DNA from: Candidatus Eiseniibacteriota bacterium
GTDB lineage: Bacteria; Eisenbacteria; RBG-16-71-46; CAIMUX01
Length of the DNA stretch: 64,000 bases
Direction: 5' to 3'
Assembly: GCA_046327845.1 (NCBI GenBank)
Contig: JAXLXQ010000009.1
Span: 25,932 to 89,931, forward strand
The notes beneath the pieces were generated by a model that was given only the letters and a program-made list of their open reading frames with translations, made no database searches and was not told the DNA's origin. A program made the translations under genes and the position numbers. Below, piece after piece: positions 30,638 through 39,735 of the stretch; the first letter of the stretch is position 1, and the number at the start of each line of letters is the position of its first letter.

Positions 30638-33623
30638 GGCGTGAGCATCTCCGGAATCGCGCGGCCCGCGCCCTCGCATGACCATGCGAGGAGCGGCGCG
30701 CGTCGGGTCGGAACCGCACCTCCATGCGGGTGCCGCCACCCACCGGTTGGGTCCAGCTGACCGTCGCTCCGATCGACCGACAGCGGGCGCGGAGGTTGAC
30801 TAGCCCGTAGCCGCGCCCCGACGAGGAGCGCGCATAATCGAGCCCGCGTCCATCGTCCTCAACCCAGAGTTGCCATTCCGATTCGCCGATCGCCATGCCG
30901 AGTTCGATCCTCGAGGCGTGGGCGTGTTTCACCGCATTGTGGATCGCTTCGATCGCGACGGCGCGGAGTTCGCGCTGCGCCTCGGCAGTGAAGGTGCGGT
31001 CGGGCCAGCGTGCGGGCAGGGCGAGGACCAGGCGGCCATCCGGAACGAGGCGACGCGCGCTCGCGGCCAAGCGACGCGCGAAGGACTCCGAGGTTTCGCT
31101 CGCCTCGCGGAGGGAGCGCACGATGTCACCGAGGGCGGCCCCGAGTTCGCTCGCGGTTTCCGCGATGCGCGCGGCGAGGGAGGCACGCTCGGCCTCGTCG
31201 ATGTGCCGATCGGAGGCGAGGCCGGCCAGAATGCCGATGCTGCCCAAGCCGGAGCCAACCTCGTCGTGCAGGTCCATCGCGATACGCAGGCGCTGACGTT
31301 CGAGGCGGAGCAGCACCGCCACCCGCAGTCGGTGCGCACCGTACAAGGCGGCGGCGGCCAACGCGACGAAGAGCGCGACGGCCCACGCCTCCTGCCACCA
31401 CGGCCTCGCCACCGAGAAGCGGAGCGCGCGCGGCATCTCCGACCAGTGCTCGCCATCCAGGCTCGCGCGAACCACGGCGAGGTAGTGACCGGGTGACAGG
31501 TCGACGAATCGGAAGGTGGGTTCGTCCGACTCCTGCCAGGCGGCGTCGGGGCGAAGGCGCGCTTGGTAGCGCAGGCGCTCGCGATCGCGATAGGTGAGTG
31601 CGGCGAAGCGCAGCTCCAGTCGATTGCGTCGCCAGGGCAGGCGGATGTCGCGATCGGTCGGGAGCGGCACGCCGTCGACCCGCACCTCGACCAGTTCGAC
31701 CGCCGGCGCGGGCATCGGCGCGTGGCGCGCCTCGGGCGGCACCTCGACCAATCCCGCCACCGTGGCCAGCCAGAGGGTGCCGCCCTGGTCCTCGACGATG
31801 TCGCTCGCTTGCTGCGTCGGCAGCCCCTGCCAGGTCGACAGACGTTCGACGATGGTCCAACCCGCGGCGAGCTCCGGATGCGGCTCGACGCGCACGAGGG
31901 TCCCGGCGGTGAGAATCCAAACCCCACCCGATCGCGCGGACCTCATGCCGTAGACGCGAAGCGAGTGCAGCTGGTCATTGCCGGGGATCGGCTCCCAGTT
32001 CTCGCCGCGGAAGCGCCAAACGCCGGCATTGGTGGTGGCGAGCCAGATCTCGCCATCGACCGGTTCGAGTAGCTCGCTGCCGAGGTCGGCATCAGGGATC
32101 GGCCACGCGCGCCAAGTGACGTTTTCGCCTCGCGCGAGCGAATCGGCGTTGCAGGACCAGAGGTGGTCGCGGCGGCTGACCCAGAGGCGCCCGCGATGGT
32201 CTTCGAGCACCGCTTCGAGCCACGACTCGTCCCACCCCTGGCCCCAGGCGAGCGGGGGAGCGCTCGTGATGCGTCGAGGCGGTCGCGCGTCCAAGGGAAG
32301 GATGAAGAGCCCATCGTCGGTCGCGGCCCACAGGCTGCCGTCGGGCCGGCGCGCGCTGCCGTACATGCCGTGCAGTCCGGCCACGGGGAAGTGCGTTTCT
32401 TTCGCTCCGTCGTAGCGAAGGAAACCGCGTTCGCTCTCCACTGCCCAGACGCGACCGCGTTCGTCCGCTCGCACGCGTCCCGAGCTCGATGGAAGCCGAG
32501 TGATCGTGCGATTGGCACCCAGGTCGACTCGCACGGTGCCGGCCCAGCAGACGACCCAGACTGAATTGCCGCTGCGCTCGAGATGGTGCGCGTCGGCCGG
32601 CGGCGGGAGGCCATCGACCGCGTTGAGGGCGGAGGTGTTCGGTTCGGGCAGGGTGAGCACGCCGCGCAAGCTTCCGATCCAAAGCGTGCGCTCGCGGTCG
32701 ACGAGGAGCGCGCGGCCGGTGTCGAGCTGCGCGGTCGGCGCGATCTGCTCGGGCGGACGTGAAGGGGAGAAGCGCCAGATCACACCGTCGAGCTGCGCCC
32801 AGACGTCGTTTCCGCGCACCGCGAGCGCGGCGCCGCGGCGATGGCCGACCGCGAGCGGCTCCGGTCCATTGGGGAGGAGGCGCCAGAGACCCCCTGAAGC
32901 GCTGAGCACGACCGGCGTGCCGTCTTCCTGATGCGCGACCTGCCATGCGTTGGGAATCGGCGCGAGGCGTCGCGGCGCTCGCTCGCGCGCGAAGAGGTAG
33001 AGCGCATCGCGGGTGCCGACGTAGATCGAGTCGCCGAGGGTCGGCTGCACGCGATAGAGGCCGCTCGCATCGAAACGCGATGCGGGCCACGCCGACCATC
33101 CGCCACTCGGTGCGCGGCAACGGAGCGTATCGGACTCGGCGACCCAGAGCGCGCCATCGCGTGCGAGGCAGGCGAACTTCCATCCGACGATCGGCGCGCC
33201 GCTCGGGCCGAGGATCGCCTCGACCCCCTCCGGCGTCACACGCCAGAGCGGCTCCGACTCGCCGGCCGCCAGCACCTCGCCATTGGGCCCGGCTGAAAGC
33301 ACGCGGAGGACGTGGCGGATTTCCACCGGCGCCCAGGCGCGCATCTCGGTGCCGTCGAAGCGCACGAGGCCGCCGATCGTTCCGATCCAGATGAAGCCGC
33401 GTGAGTCCTGCTCGAGGAGGCAGGTTTCCGACACGTGGAGTCCGGCTCTCTCGTCGAGCCGTTGCACCAAACGCTCGGCCGCGCGCGCCGGGGAGAAGAG
33501 CGCGCCTATGCCGGCGAGGATGAGGAGCACATGCGAACCGTAAGTTGTCCGCGCAGAGCTCGCTCGTCGGCGCGCGCGATCAATCGGTGCTCTGACCATG
33601 CGTCGTTCCTCGAACGTCCCCAT
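30510..33623 (-). CDS. hybrid sensor histidine kinase: periplasmic beta-propeller/Y_Y_Y sensor + TM + HisKA_3 + HATPase_c
   Basis: N-terminal repeated propeller-like blades (…WIGT.GGL…), then a TM segment AWAVALFVALAAAALYGA. Next come an H-box LRIAMDLHDEVGSGLGSIGIL and an ATPase (HNAVKHAHASRIELG…GRGYGLVNLRARC). The last about 45 codons look like out-of-frame read-through and overlap the response-regulator gene by 128 nt. Confidence 0.8.
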   Translation of the reverse strand: MGTFEERRMVRAPIDRARRRASSARTTYGSHVLLILAGIGALFSPARAAERLVQRLDERAGLHVSETCLLEQDSRGFIWIGTIGGLVRFDGTEMRAWAPVEIRHVLRVLSAGPNGEVLAAGESEPLWRVTPEGVEAILGPSGAPIVGWKFACLARDGALWVAESDTLRCRAPSGGWSAWPASRFDASGLYRVQPTLGDSIYVGTRDALYLFARERAPRRLAPIPNAWQVAHQEDGTPVVLSASGGLWRLLPNGPEPLAVGHRRGAALAVRGNDVWAQLDGVIWRFSPSRPPEQIAPTAQLDTGRALLVDRERTLWIGSLRGVLTLPEPNTSALNAVDGLPPPADAHHLERSGNSVWVVCWAGTVRVDLGANRTITRLPSSSGRVRADERGRVWAVESERGFLRYDGAKETHFPVAGLHGMYGSARRPDGSLWAATDDGLFILPLDARPPRRITSAPPLAWGQGWDESWLEAVLEDHRGRLWVSRRDHLWSCNADSLARGENVTWRAWPIPDADLGSELLEPVDGEIWLATTNAGVWRFRGENWEPIPGNDQLHSLRVYGMRSARSGGVWILTAGTLVRVEPHPELAAGWTIVERLSTWQGLPTQQASDIVEDQGGTLWLATVAGLVEVPPEARHAPMPAPAVELVEVRVDGVPLPTDRDIRLPWRRNRLELRFAALTYRDRERLRYQARLRPDAAWQESDEPTFRFVDLSPGHYLAVVRASLDGEHWSEMPRALRFSVARPWWQEAWAVALFVALAAAALYGAHRLRVAVLLRLERQRLRIAMDLHDEVGSGLGSIGILAGLASDRHIDEAERASLAARIAETASELGAALGDIVRSLREASETSESFARRLAASARRLVPDGRLVLALPARWPDRTFTAEAQRELRAVAIEAIHNAVKHAHASRIELGMAIGESEWQLWVEDDGRGLDYARSSSGRGYGLVNLRARCRSIGATVSWTQPVGGGTRMEVRFRPDARRSSHGHARARAARFRRCSRHETSHEFEEPRAGGRGRGRSALSRESRHAARTRRRLHAHGEL

Positions 33624-33769
33624 GCCGCCCCCTCGTCATCGGAGCGCGACCGAACATGGTGCCACCAACCGACCCCTCGCGTCATTCCCTCGCTCGGGTC
33701 GCGAGCAGGCTGGCGTCTGTGGCGCGCGGGCCGATAGACTCGTGGCTCACGAATCGATCGGGGGGAAGA

Positions 33770-36061
33770 ATGCTGCTCGGTGTCGGGTCGAGGCTCGGCC
33801 CGTATGAGATCGTCGCGCCGCTCGGCCTGGGCGGCATGGGTGAGGTGTATCGCGCGCGTGACACGCGGCTTCTACGCGAGGTCGCGATCAAGGGACTGAC
33901 GAGCGCCTTTTCCGGAGATCCGGAGCGTCTTGCGCGCTTCGAACGCGAGGCGCAGCTGTTGGCCGCGCTCAACCACCCCAACATTGGCGGCATCTTCGGC
34001 CTCGAAGAGAAAGAAGGGACTCCGTACCTCGTTCTCGAACTGATCGAGGGGGAGAGTCTGGCGGCGCGGCTCGCGGAGGGGGCCCTGCCTCTCCGCGAGG
34101 CACTCCGGGTGGGTGCGGAAACCGCGGCGGCGATCGAGGCGGCGCACGAGCGCGGGATCGTGCATCGCGACCTCAAGCCGGGGAACATCATGCTGACCCC
34201 GAGCGGCAGCGTGAAGGTCTTGGACTTCGGCTTGGCCAAGGGGGGCGCGCCGCTCGAGCCGAGCGGTGACCTTGCCCACTCGCCCACCTTGACCGCGATG
34301 GCGGCGACGGAAGTGGGCGTGATCTTGGGCACCGCCGCCTACATGAGCCCGGAGCAGGCGCGCGGCAAGCCGGTCGATCGGCGGAGCGACGTCTGGTCCT
34401 TCGGCTGCGTCCTCTTCGAGTGCCTGACGGGGGAGCCGCTCTTTCAGGGCGAGACCGTCTCGGACTTGATCGCGCGCATCTTGGAGCGCGAGCCGGACTG
34501 GACCCGGCTCCCGGCCACCACGCCGCCGCGCGTCGTCGAGATCCTGCGTCGTTGCCTCAGGCGAGACGCCGAGTCCCGCGTGCGCGACATCCGCGACGTG
34601 CGGCTCGAGCTGCAGGAGATCTTGGCGGGCGGCACGCAGGCGGCGCCTTCGCGCGAAAAGTCGATCGCGGTGCTGCCGTTCAACAACCTGAGCGGACCGG
34701 AGGACGAGTACTTCGCCGACGGCATGACCGACGAGATCCTGAACGCGCTTGCCCAGGTGGAGGGGCTGCGGGTGGCGGCCCGCACGTCCTGCTTCGCGTT
34801 CAAGGGGCATCGCCAGGACCTCCGTTCGATCGCGGAAAAGCTGGATGTCGCGACCCTGCTCGAGGGGACGGTGCGACGCGCCGGCGTGCGCCTCCGCATC
34901 ACCGTGCAGTTGGTGAACGCGGCCGACGGCTACCAGCTTTGGTCCGAGCGCTACGACCGCGAGATGACCGACGTCTTCGCCGTGCAGGACGAGATCGCAT
35001 CCTCCATCGCCTCGCGCCTCCGCGGCACGGCGAAGGGGGACGTGGATCGCGGCGCGGCCAGACGCGGCACCTCGAGCGTCGAGGCCTACGAGCTCTACTT
35101 GAAGGGACGGGCGCTCCTCATGCTGCGCGGTCGCTTCATTCGGCAGGCCATTCCTTGCTTCGAGCGGGCGATCCAGCTCGATCCGCGCTACGTCGATGCG
35201 ATGGCGCTCCTGGCCGATGCCTGTCGCCTGCTCGGCACCATGGGCATGGCGCCCCCCACGAGGTGATGCCGCGCGCGAAGCAGATGGCGGAGCAAGCGCT
35301 CGAGGTGGCGCCCGACCTCGCCGAGGCCTACGCCACCCTCGGCACCGCGACCGCGCAGTACGATCGCGACTATCGGCGCGCGGCCACCTACTGGGAGCGC
35401 GCGCTTCGCATCGATCCGCGTCACGTGCGGAGCCGCTGTGAGCGCGCGAGCTGGTCCTACGGCCTGGGCGCGATCACCATCGGGAAGCGGTCGAGGAGAC
35501 CGCCATCGCCGTCGCGGACGAGCCGCTCAACTCCTGGGGCATGGCCATGCACTGCTTGGCGCTTGGATTCGCCGCCCGCGTGGAGGAGGCGATCGCCGCG
35601 GGGAATCGCGCGGTCGAGATCGACCCCGACTCTTTCATCGCGCAGTGGATGCTGCTCGAGGCTCACTGCGTCGCGCGCCACTACGCCGAGGGGCTGGCCA
35701 TGATCCCCGCGATGCTCGCGACCTCCGGCCGCTACAGCTGGGCGGTGGGGACGCACGCCTGGTTGCGTGCTCGCCTTGGACAACGCGACCTGGCGCGCGC
35801 GGTGCACGATGAACTGGAGGCGCGCTCACGCCAGGAATTCGTCGGGTCCTTCTGGCTTGCGACGACCGCGTCGGCCGCCGGCCTGGGCGATGAAGCACTG
35901 CGCTTCGCCGCGCGCGCCGTCGAGGAACGCGATCCGCTCGTCGTGATCTCTCGCTCACTCGTGCACTGGGAGGAACTGCGCGAGGATCCGCGCTACCCGG
36001 AGGTGACCCGCGGGGTGTGGGCAGGCGTGATCCTGCTCCCCGCGGGTCGCGCCGAACTTAG
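33770..36061 (+). CDS. Ser/Thr protein kinase with C-terminal TolB-N-like/adenylate-cyclase-like domain and TPR repeats; frame broken at least twice
   Basis: Start ATG 33770 (MLLGVGSRLGPYEIV…) with G-rich RBS. Kinase motifs GGMGEVYRA, HRDLKPGNIML, DFGLAKG and GTAAYMSPEQ. Middle domain SIAVLPFNNLSGPEDEYFADGMTDEI…ITVQLVNAADGYQLWSERYD. TPR-like C-terminal part in frames of 34420..35703 and 35541..36173. One-base losses at C-run 35244-35250 and G-run 35465-35467. The 3' end is uncertain; a third break plus TAG 36059-36061 would give a convergent stop overlap with the next gene. Confidence 0.7.
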
Positions 36062-36552
36062 GCGAAGGGATTCTCGTCGGCGGTCGGTCCATAGACCGAC
36101 GGCACCGCCACGCCGAGCGAGCGGAGGTAGGTCGAGAGCTGACCGCGGTGGTGATACCGGTGGTTCAGCATGATCATGCGGAGCACGCCGGCGCGCGGGA
36201 TCTCCATCATCGTCTTGCCATCGCGCACGAACTTCCACATGCTCTGGAGCTTCGCATCGTCCATGCCGGCCAAGCTCTGCTTGGCCGTCGCGATCGACTT
36301 CTCGAGGGCGTCGAGCAGCTGGGCGCGTGTCTCCGCGGCCGGCTGCTGGAAGTTCGGCGGCTCGGTCATGTCCTTGAGCGACATCTGCGCGACGTTGCCC
36401 GGCGTGGTCGCGACGTGCAGCGCGAGCTGACCGAGCGAGTAGGCCTTCTCGTGCGGCCAACCGAACTTGTCCTCGGGCAGGCGCTCGATCAAGCGGCGGG
36501 TCGCCGGGACCTCCATCTCGAGCTCCTGCAGAAACGAATCGATCATCGGCAT
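36058..36552 (-). CDS. DinB/YfiT-family (DinB_2) metal-dependent hydrolase-like protein
   Basis: 164-aa ORF MPMIDSFLQELEMEV…LALHVATTPGNV…NHRYHHRGQLSTYLRSLG. Conserved His pattern of the DinB_2 fold. Confidence 0.75.
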   Translation of the reverse strand: MPMIDSFLQELEMEVPATRRLIERLPEDKFGWPHEKAYSLGQLALHVATTPGNVAQMSLKDMTEPPNFQQPAAETRAQLLDALEKSIATAKQSLAGMDDAKLQSMWKFVRDGKTMMEIPRAGVLRMIMLNHRYHHRGQLSTYLRSLGVAVPSVYGPTADENPFA

Positions 36553-36609
36553 CGGGTCCTCCTTGTGGGTGGCTGCGCGTACGGGCGCGGGTGACGAATT
36601 CGGTTCAGA

Positions 36610-37053
36610 CTAAGCAAGGGCGTTGGGCAACTGATCGAGGCAGCCGCACCAGCCCTTCTCGTGGTTGTCGCGATCGGCCGCCTCGTCGAGGCAGTGGGTG
36701 AGCACCAGCTCGGTGTCGTTGCCCTGCGGGAGCAGGTCGATCTCGACCACCGTCTCGGGCATGGTCGGGCGCGACTCCCACTTCCAGGTGAAGGCGATGC
36801 GCTTGCCCGGCTCGAGCTCGCGATAGGTGCCGAGAGCGATGCTGGAACGCCCGCTTTGATGCGCCATCTCGATGCGGTAGCGACCGCCGACCTTGACGTC
36901 CAGTTCGTGCACCACCACCCGATACTCGTTCGAGGGCGCGAACCAGCGCGCTACTGCTTCGGCCCTGGTCCAGGCTTGGTAGACCTTCGCGGGGGTCGCG
37001 CGGTACGTCCGACGGACTTCGAGCTCGAAGGTCGCTTCGTTCGGGGTGGCCAT
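36610..37053 (-). CDS. SRPBCC-superfamily protein (activator of Hsp90 ATPase homologue, AHSA1-like)
   Basis: 147 aa, …TFELEVRRTYRATPAKVYQAWTRAEAVARWF…. Strong RBS AAGAAGGAGAA 9 nt upstream of ATG 37053. Confidence 0.75.
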   Translation of the reverse strand: MATPNEATFELEVRRTYRATPAKVYQAWTRAEAVARWFAPSNEYRVVVHELDVKVGGRYRIEMAHQSGRSSIALGTYRELEPGKRIAFTWKWESRPTMPETVVEIDLLPQGNDTELVLTHCLDEAADRDNHEKGWCGCLDQLPNALA

Positions 37054-37391
37054 GCACTGTTCTCCTTCTTGGTCTCTTCCAGATAGCGGCCGAGCGAGTC
37101 GAGCTGCCCTTCCCAGAAGGCGCGGTGTCGTTCGATCCAGTCGGCCGCGGTCGAGAGCGCGGCCATCTCGACGCGACAGCGACGCACGCGTCCGGTCTTC
37201 TCGCTGGCCAACAGCCCCGCTTCCTCGAGCACGCGGAGGTGCTTGAGGAAGGCCGGGAGCGAGATGTCGTGCGGTCGGTGCAGCTCGGTGACCGGTCGCT
37301 CGCCGCGGGCCAGCTCCTCCACCACCTGCCGGCGGATCGGATCGGCCAGGGCGGCGAAGACGCGGTCGAGGTCGGGCAAATGGTTAACCAT
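36951..37391 (-). CDS. ArsR/SmtB-family HTH transcriptional regulator
   Basis: MVNHLPDLDRVFAALADPIRRQVVEELARGERPVTELHRPHDISLPAFLKHLRVLEEAGLL. The C-terminal about 35 codons are low-complexity and overlap the downstream AHSA1-like gene by 103 nt. Confidence 0.7.
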   Translation of the reverse strand: MVNHLPDLDRVFAALADPIRRQVVEELARGERPVTELHRPHDISLPAFLKHLRVLEEAGLLASEKTGRVRRCRVEMAALSTAADWIERHRAFWEGQLDSLGRYLEETKKENSAWPPRTKRPSSSKSVGRTARPPRRSTKPGPGPKQ

Positions 37392-37400
37392 TGGGTTAAC
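37382..37400. promoter_or_regulatory. candidate ArsR-family operator: GGTTAACC-attg-GGTTAAC, two GTTAAC palindromes overlapping the arsR-like start codon
   Basis: Seen in sequence. ArsR/SmtB repressors typically bind dyad repeats in their own promoter. Confidence 0.35.
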
Positions 37401-37586
37401 TGTAATGGCGCCCCTTCGACCCCGTCAACCGCCAAAGTTCGATCGAAAGAAAAGAGCTCGGCACGAGCAACCGGGCGGGATGCGCGCCGGATAAGTGGGC
37501 GTCACGGCAGACGGCAGAGGCCGGAAGCCCACCAGAAACCCAAGACCCGCGGGCGGAGAACCCGGGGCAAACAAGGAGAAGCTCAG

Positions 37587-38756
37587 ATGTCGCAGATCAA
37601 CTCGGCCGGTACCAACGTCAACCGCTACCTCGACAGCCTCGGAATGCCTGATGCCTTCGGCGATGCCATCGGTGCGTTGGTTGACGCGCGGCGCGGCGAC
37701 TTCGGCGGCGCGGCCCGCAACCTGGTTGATCTGCAGAGCGGTCTTCCCACCAGCGCGCTTGATTCCTTGATCAAGCAGGCTGGTCGTTCCTTCGGTCGCG
37801 GCCACGTGGCGCGCCATCGCTGCCACGGTCCGCACCTTGCGCACCACGGTTCGAGCTACGCCGGTCGCCACGTCGGTCGGAAGAGCCACGTCGGCCAGAG
37901 CTACAACTTCAACATCGGACCCTTCCAGTGCCAGGGCCGGATCACCAACCGTCAGTACAGCGGCTCCTTTAGCAAGCCGATCCAGCTGAACGACAACCAG
38001 TGGTTGTTCCACGGCCGCACCTACGCCTCGCTCAAGGACGTCTTCTCCGATATCCGCGACGGACGGATCGACGGCAATGCCGGACGCGTGCCGAACTTCC
38101 CGCACTTCCCGTCCTTCCCGAACCCGGGCGACATCGCGCAGGCGAATCCCTTCGGTCCGTTCAATCCGAGTCAGATCGCGCAGGACATCCTGAACAGCAT
38201 CTTCGGCGGACAGCAGCCCGGCGGCGCGAACGGCACCAACGGCACGAACGGCAACGGCGGCGCCTCGCCGAGCCCCGCGACCGGTGACACCGGCGCCGAC
38301 GGCGCGAGCGACATCATGAGCGGCCCCGGCTCGCTCGAGGACAAGCTCCTGCTCCTCATGGACAAGCTGGCGAAGTTCATGGACAACCAGATCGAAGAGC
38401 AGATGAAGAAGATCGAGTCGGAGATGGCGAAGCAGAAGCAGGGCGGCCAGGGCGGCGCGCAGGGCGGCTCGGGCCTCGGCGGCATGCTCGGTCCGCTCGG
38501 CGGCATCGCCGGCGGCGCCATCGGCGGCCCGCTCGGTGGCATGGCCGGCTCGGCCCTCGGCAACGCGATCGGCGGCGCTTCGAACGGCGGCTCGAGCGGC
38601 ACGGGCAACGACAGCGATAAGTCGAACCTGCAGCTCCTCCAGTCGCAGCTCCAGCAGATGATCGAGCGTCGGAACCAGATGTTCCAGACCATGACCCAGA
38701 TGCTGAAGTCGCTCAACGACACCAGCCTCGCGATCATCCGCAACCTCAAGGCCTAG
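37587..38756 (+). CDS. glycine-rich protein of unknown function with central and C-terminal amphipathic/coiled-coil segments; compositionally harpin-like
   Basis: ATG 37587 with AAGGAGAA RBS; the track ORF 37125..38756 has a spurious N-terminal extension. Sequence: MSQINSAGTNVNRYLDSLG… long G/N/S/A-rich tracts …LEDKLLLLMDKLAKFMDNQIEEQMKKIESEMAKQ… GGxGG repeats …LQLLQSQLQQMIERRNQMFQTMTQMLKSLNDTSLAIIRNLKA. Only 2 Cys. Local GC (about 64%) is lower than the window mean. Confidence 0.6.
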   Translation: MSQINSAGTNVNRYLDSLGMPDAFGDAIGALVDARRGDFGGAARNLVDLQSGLPTSALDSLIKQAGRSFGRGHVARHRCHGPHLAHHGSSYAGRHVGRKSHVGQSYNFNIGPFQCQGRITNRQYSGSFSKPIQLNDNQWLFHGRTYASLKDVFSDIRDGRIDGNAGRVPNFPHFPSFPNPGDIAQANPFGPFNPSQIAQDILNSIFGGQQPGGANGTNGTNGNGGASPSPATGDTGADGASDIMSGPGSLEDKLLLLMDKLAKFMDNQIEEQMKKIESEMAKQKQGGQGGAQGGSGLGGMLGPLGGIAGGAIGGPLGGMAGSALGNAIGGASNGGSSGTGNDSDKSNLQLLQSQLQQMIERRNQMFQTMTQMLKSLNDTSLAIIRNLKA

Positions 38757-38916
38757 TCGGGATCGAACGAGCCAGGCGAATCCAACAGACATCTGATCCC
38801 CGCGGAGCCGCCGGTCGAAAGGCCGGCGGTTTCGTCGTTGGGGGCTTGCCTCGGGTTCGACAGCGCCGGATACTCTTCGCGCGGAACGCGAGTGAACCCA
38901 ATGAACGAGGCCGCGC

Positions 38917-39735
38917 ATGCTGCGATCGCATAGCCGAGCGAACGACGTCGGTGTGGGCGTGAAGTCGGTCGCCTATTGGTCCACTCGCGCGAGTGGCACC
39001 CTGCTCTTGTTCGTGCACGGCTTCGGCGATGGTGCCGTCAAGTGTTGGAAGGACTTCCCGTCGCTGCTGCTGGCCGAGCGCAAAGCAGCCGGAGCAGACC
39101 TCGTCTTCTTCGGCTATGACAGTCTGTTCAGCCAGGTCGGCGCGAACGCCCAGGAGCTGTACAAGCTTCTCGACTTGCTCATCACCGCGCCGAGCAGCTT
39201 CATCAATCCCCTGGTCGATCCGAGCGAAGCTCGACCGCCCAGTTTCGCCTACACGCGCGTGGTGATCGTCGCGCACTCGCTCGGCGCTGTAATCACGCGG
39301 AAAGCGTTGCTCAGCGCGCACGGCAAGAACTGCACGTGGCAGGGACGCTGCACGCTCGTCCTGTTCGCACCCGCGCACATGGGGGCACGCTCGCCCAAGC
39401 TGGCGCTTGGCGGTGTGGCCTTGGTTCCCGCCATCGGAGGAGTGCTGTCCGGGCTCGCGCAGCACTTCATTCCAGCGCTCGACGACCTCGTCCCGGGCTC
39501 GCCTGTCTTGGCGCAACTGCTGGACGATTCGAAGAAGCTCCTGGCGGTGGGAGGTGCGGATCACCTCAAGGCCAAGGTGGTGGTCTTTGGAGCCAAGGAG
39601 CGTGTCGTGCTCACCACCCGATTCGGCGAAGACCCTGATCCGCCCGAGTGGGTGCCGAAGAAGGGGCACACCGACATCCAACAACCGACCACTTCGTTTC
39701 GACTGCCCCTCGACCGGGTGCTCGCGCTGCTATGA
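38917..39735 (+). CDS. alpha/beta-hydrolase (PGAP1/DUF676-like putative lipase/esterase)
   Basis: …LLLFVHGFGDG… and nucleophile elbow VVIVAHSLGAVITRKALLS (GxSxG). Lower local GC (about 60%). Confidence 0.7.
   Translation: MLRSHSRANDVGVGVKSVAYWSTRASGTLLLFVHGFGDGAVKCWKDFPSLLLAERKAAGADLVFFGYDSLFSQVGANAQELYKLLDLLITAPSSFINPLVDPSEARPPSFAYTRVVIVAHSLGAVITRKALLSAHGKNCTWQGRCTLVLFAPAHMGARSPKLALGGVALVPAIGGVLSGLAQHFIPALDDLVPGSPVLAQLLDDSKKLLAVGGADHLKAKVVVFGAKERVVLTTRFGEDPDPPEWVPKKGHTDIQQPTTSFRLPLDRVLALL

Noticed and set aside
22800-35500. Programmed ribosomal frameshifting as explanation for the split kinase and regulator genes
   Set aside because: The breaks are all -1 base at plain G/C homopolymers, without slippery heptamers or downstream pseudoknots. 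They also occur in many unrelated genes, so sequencing error or pseudogenisation is more parsimonious.
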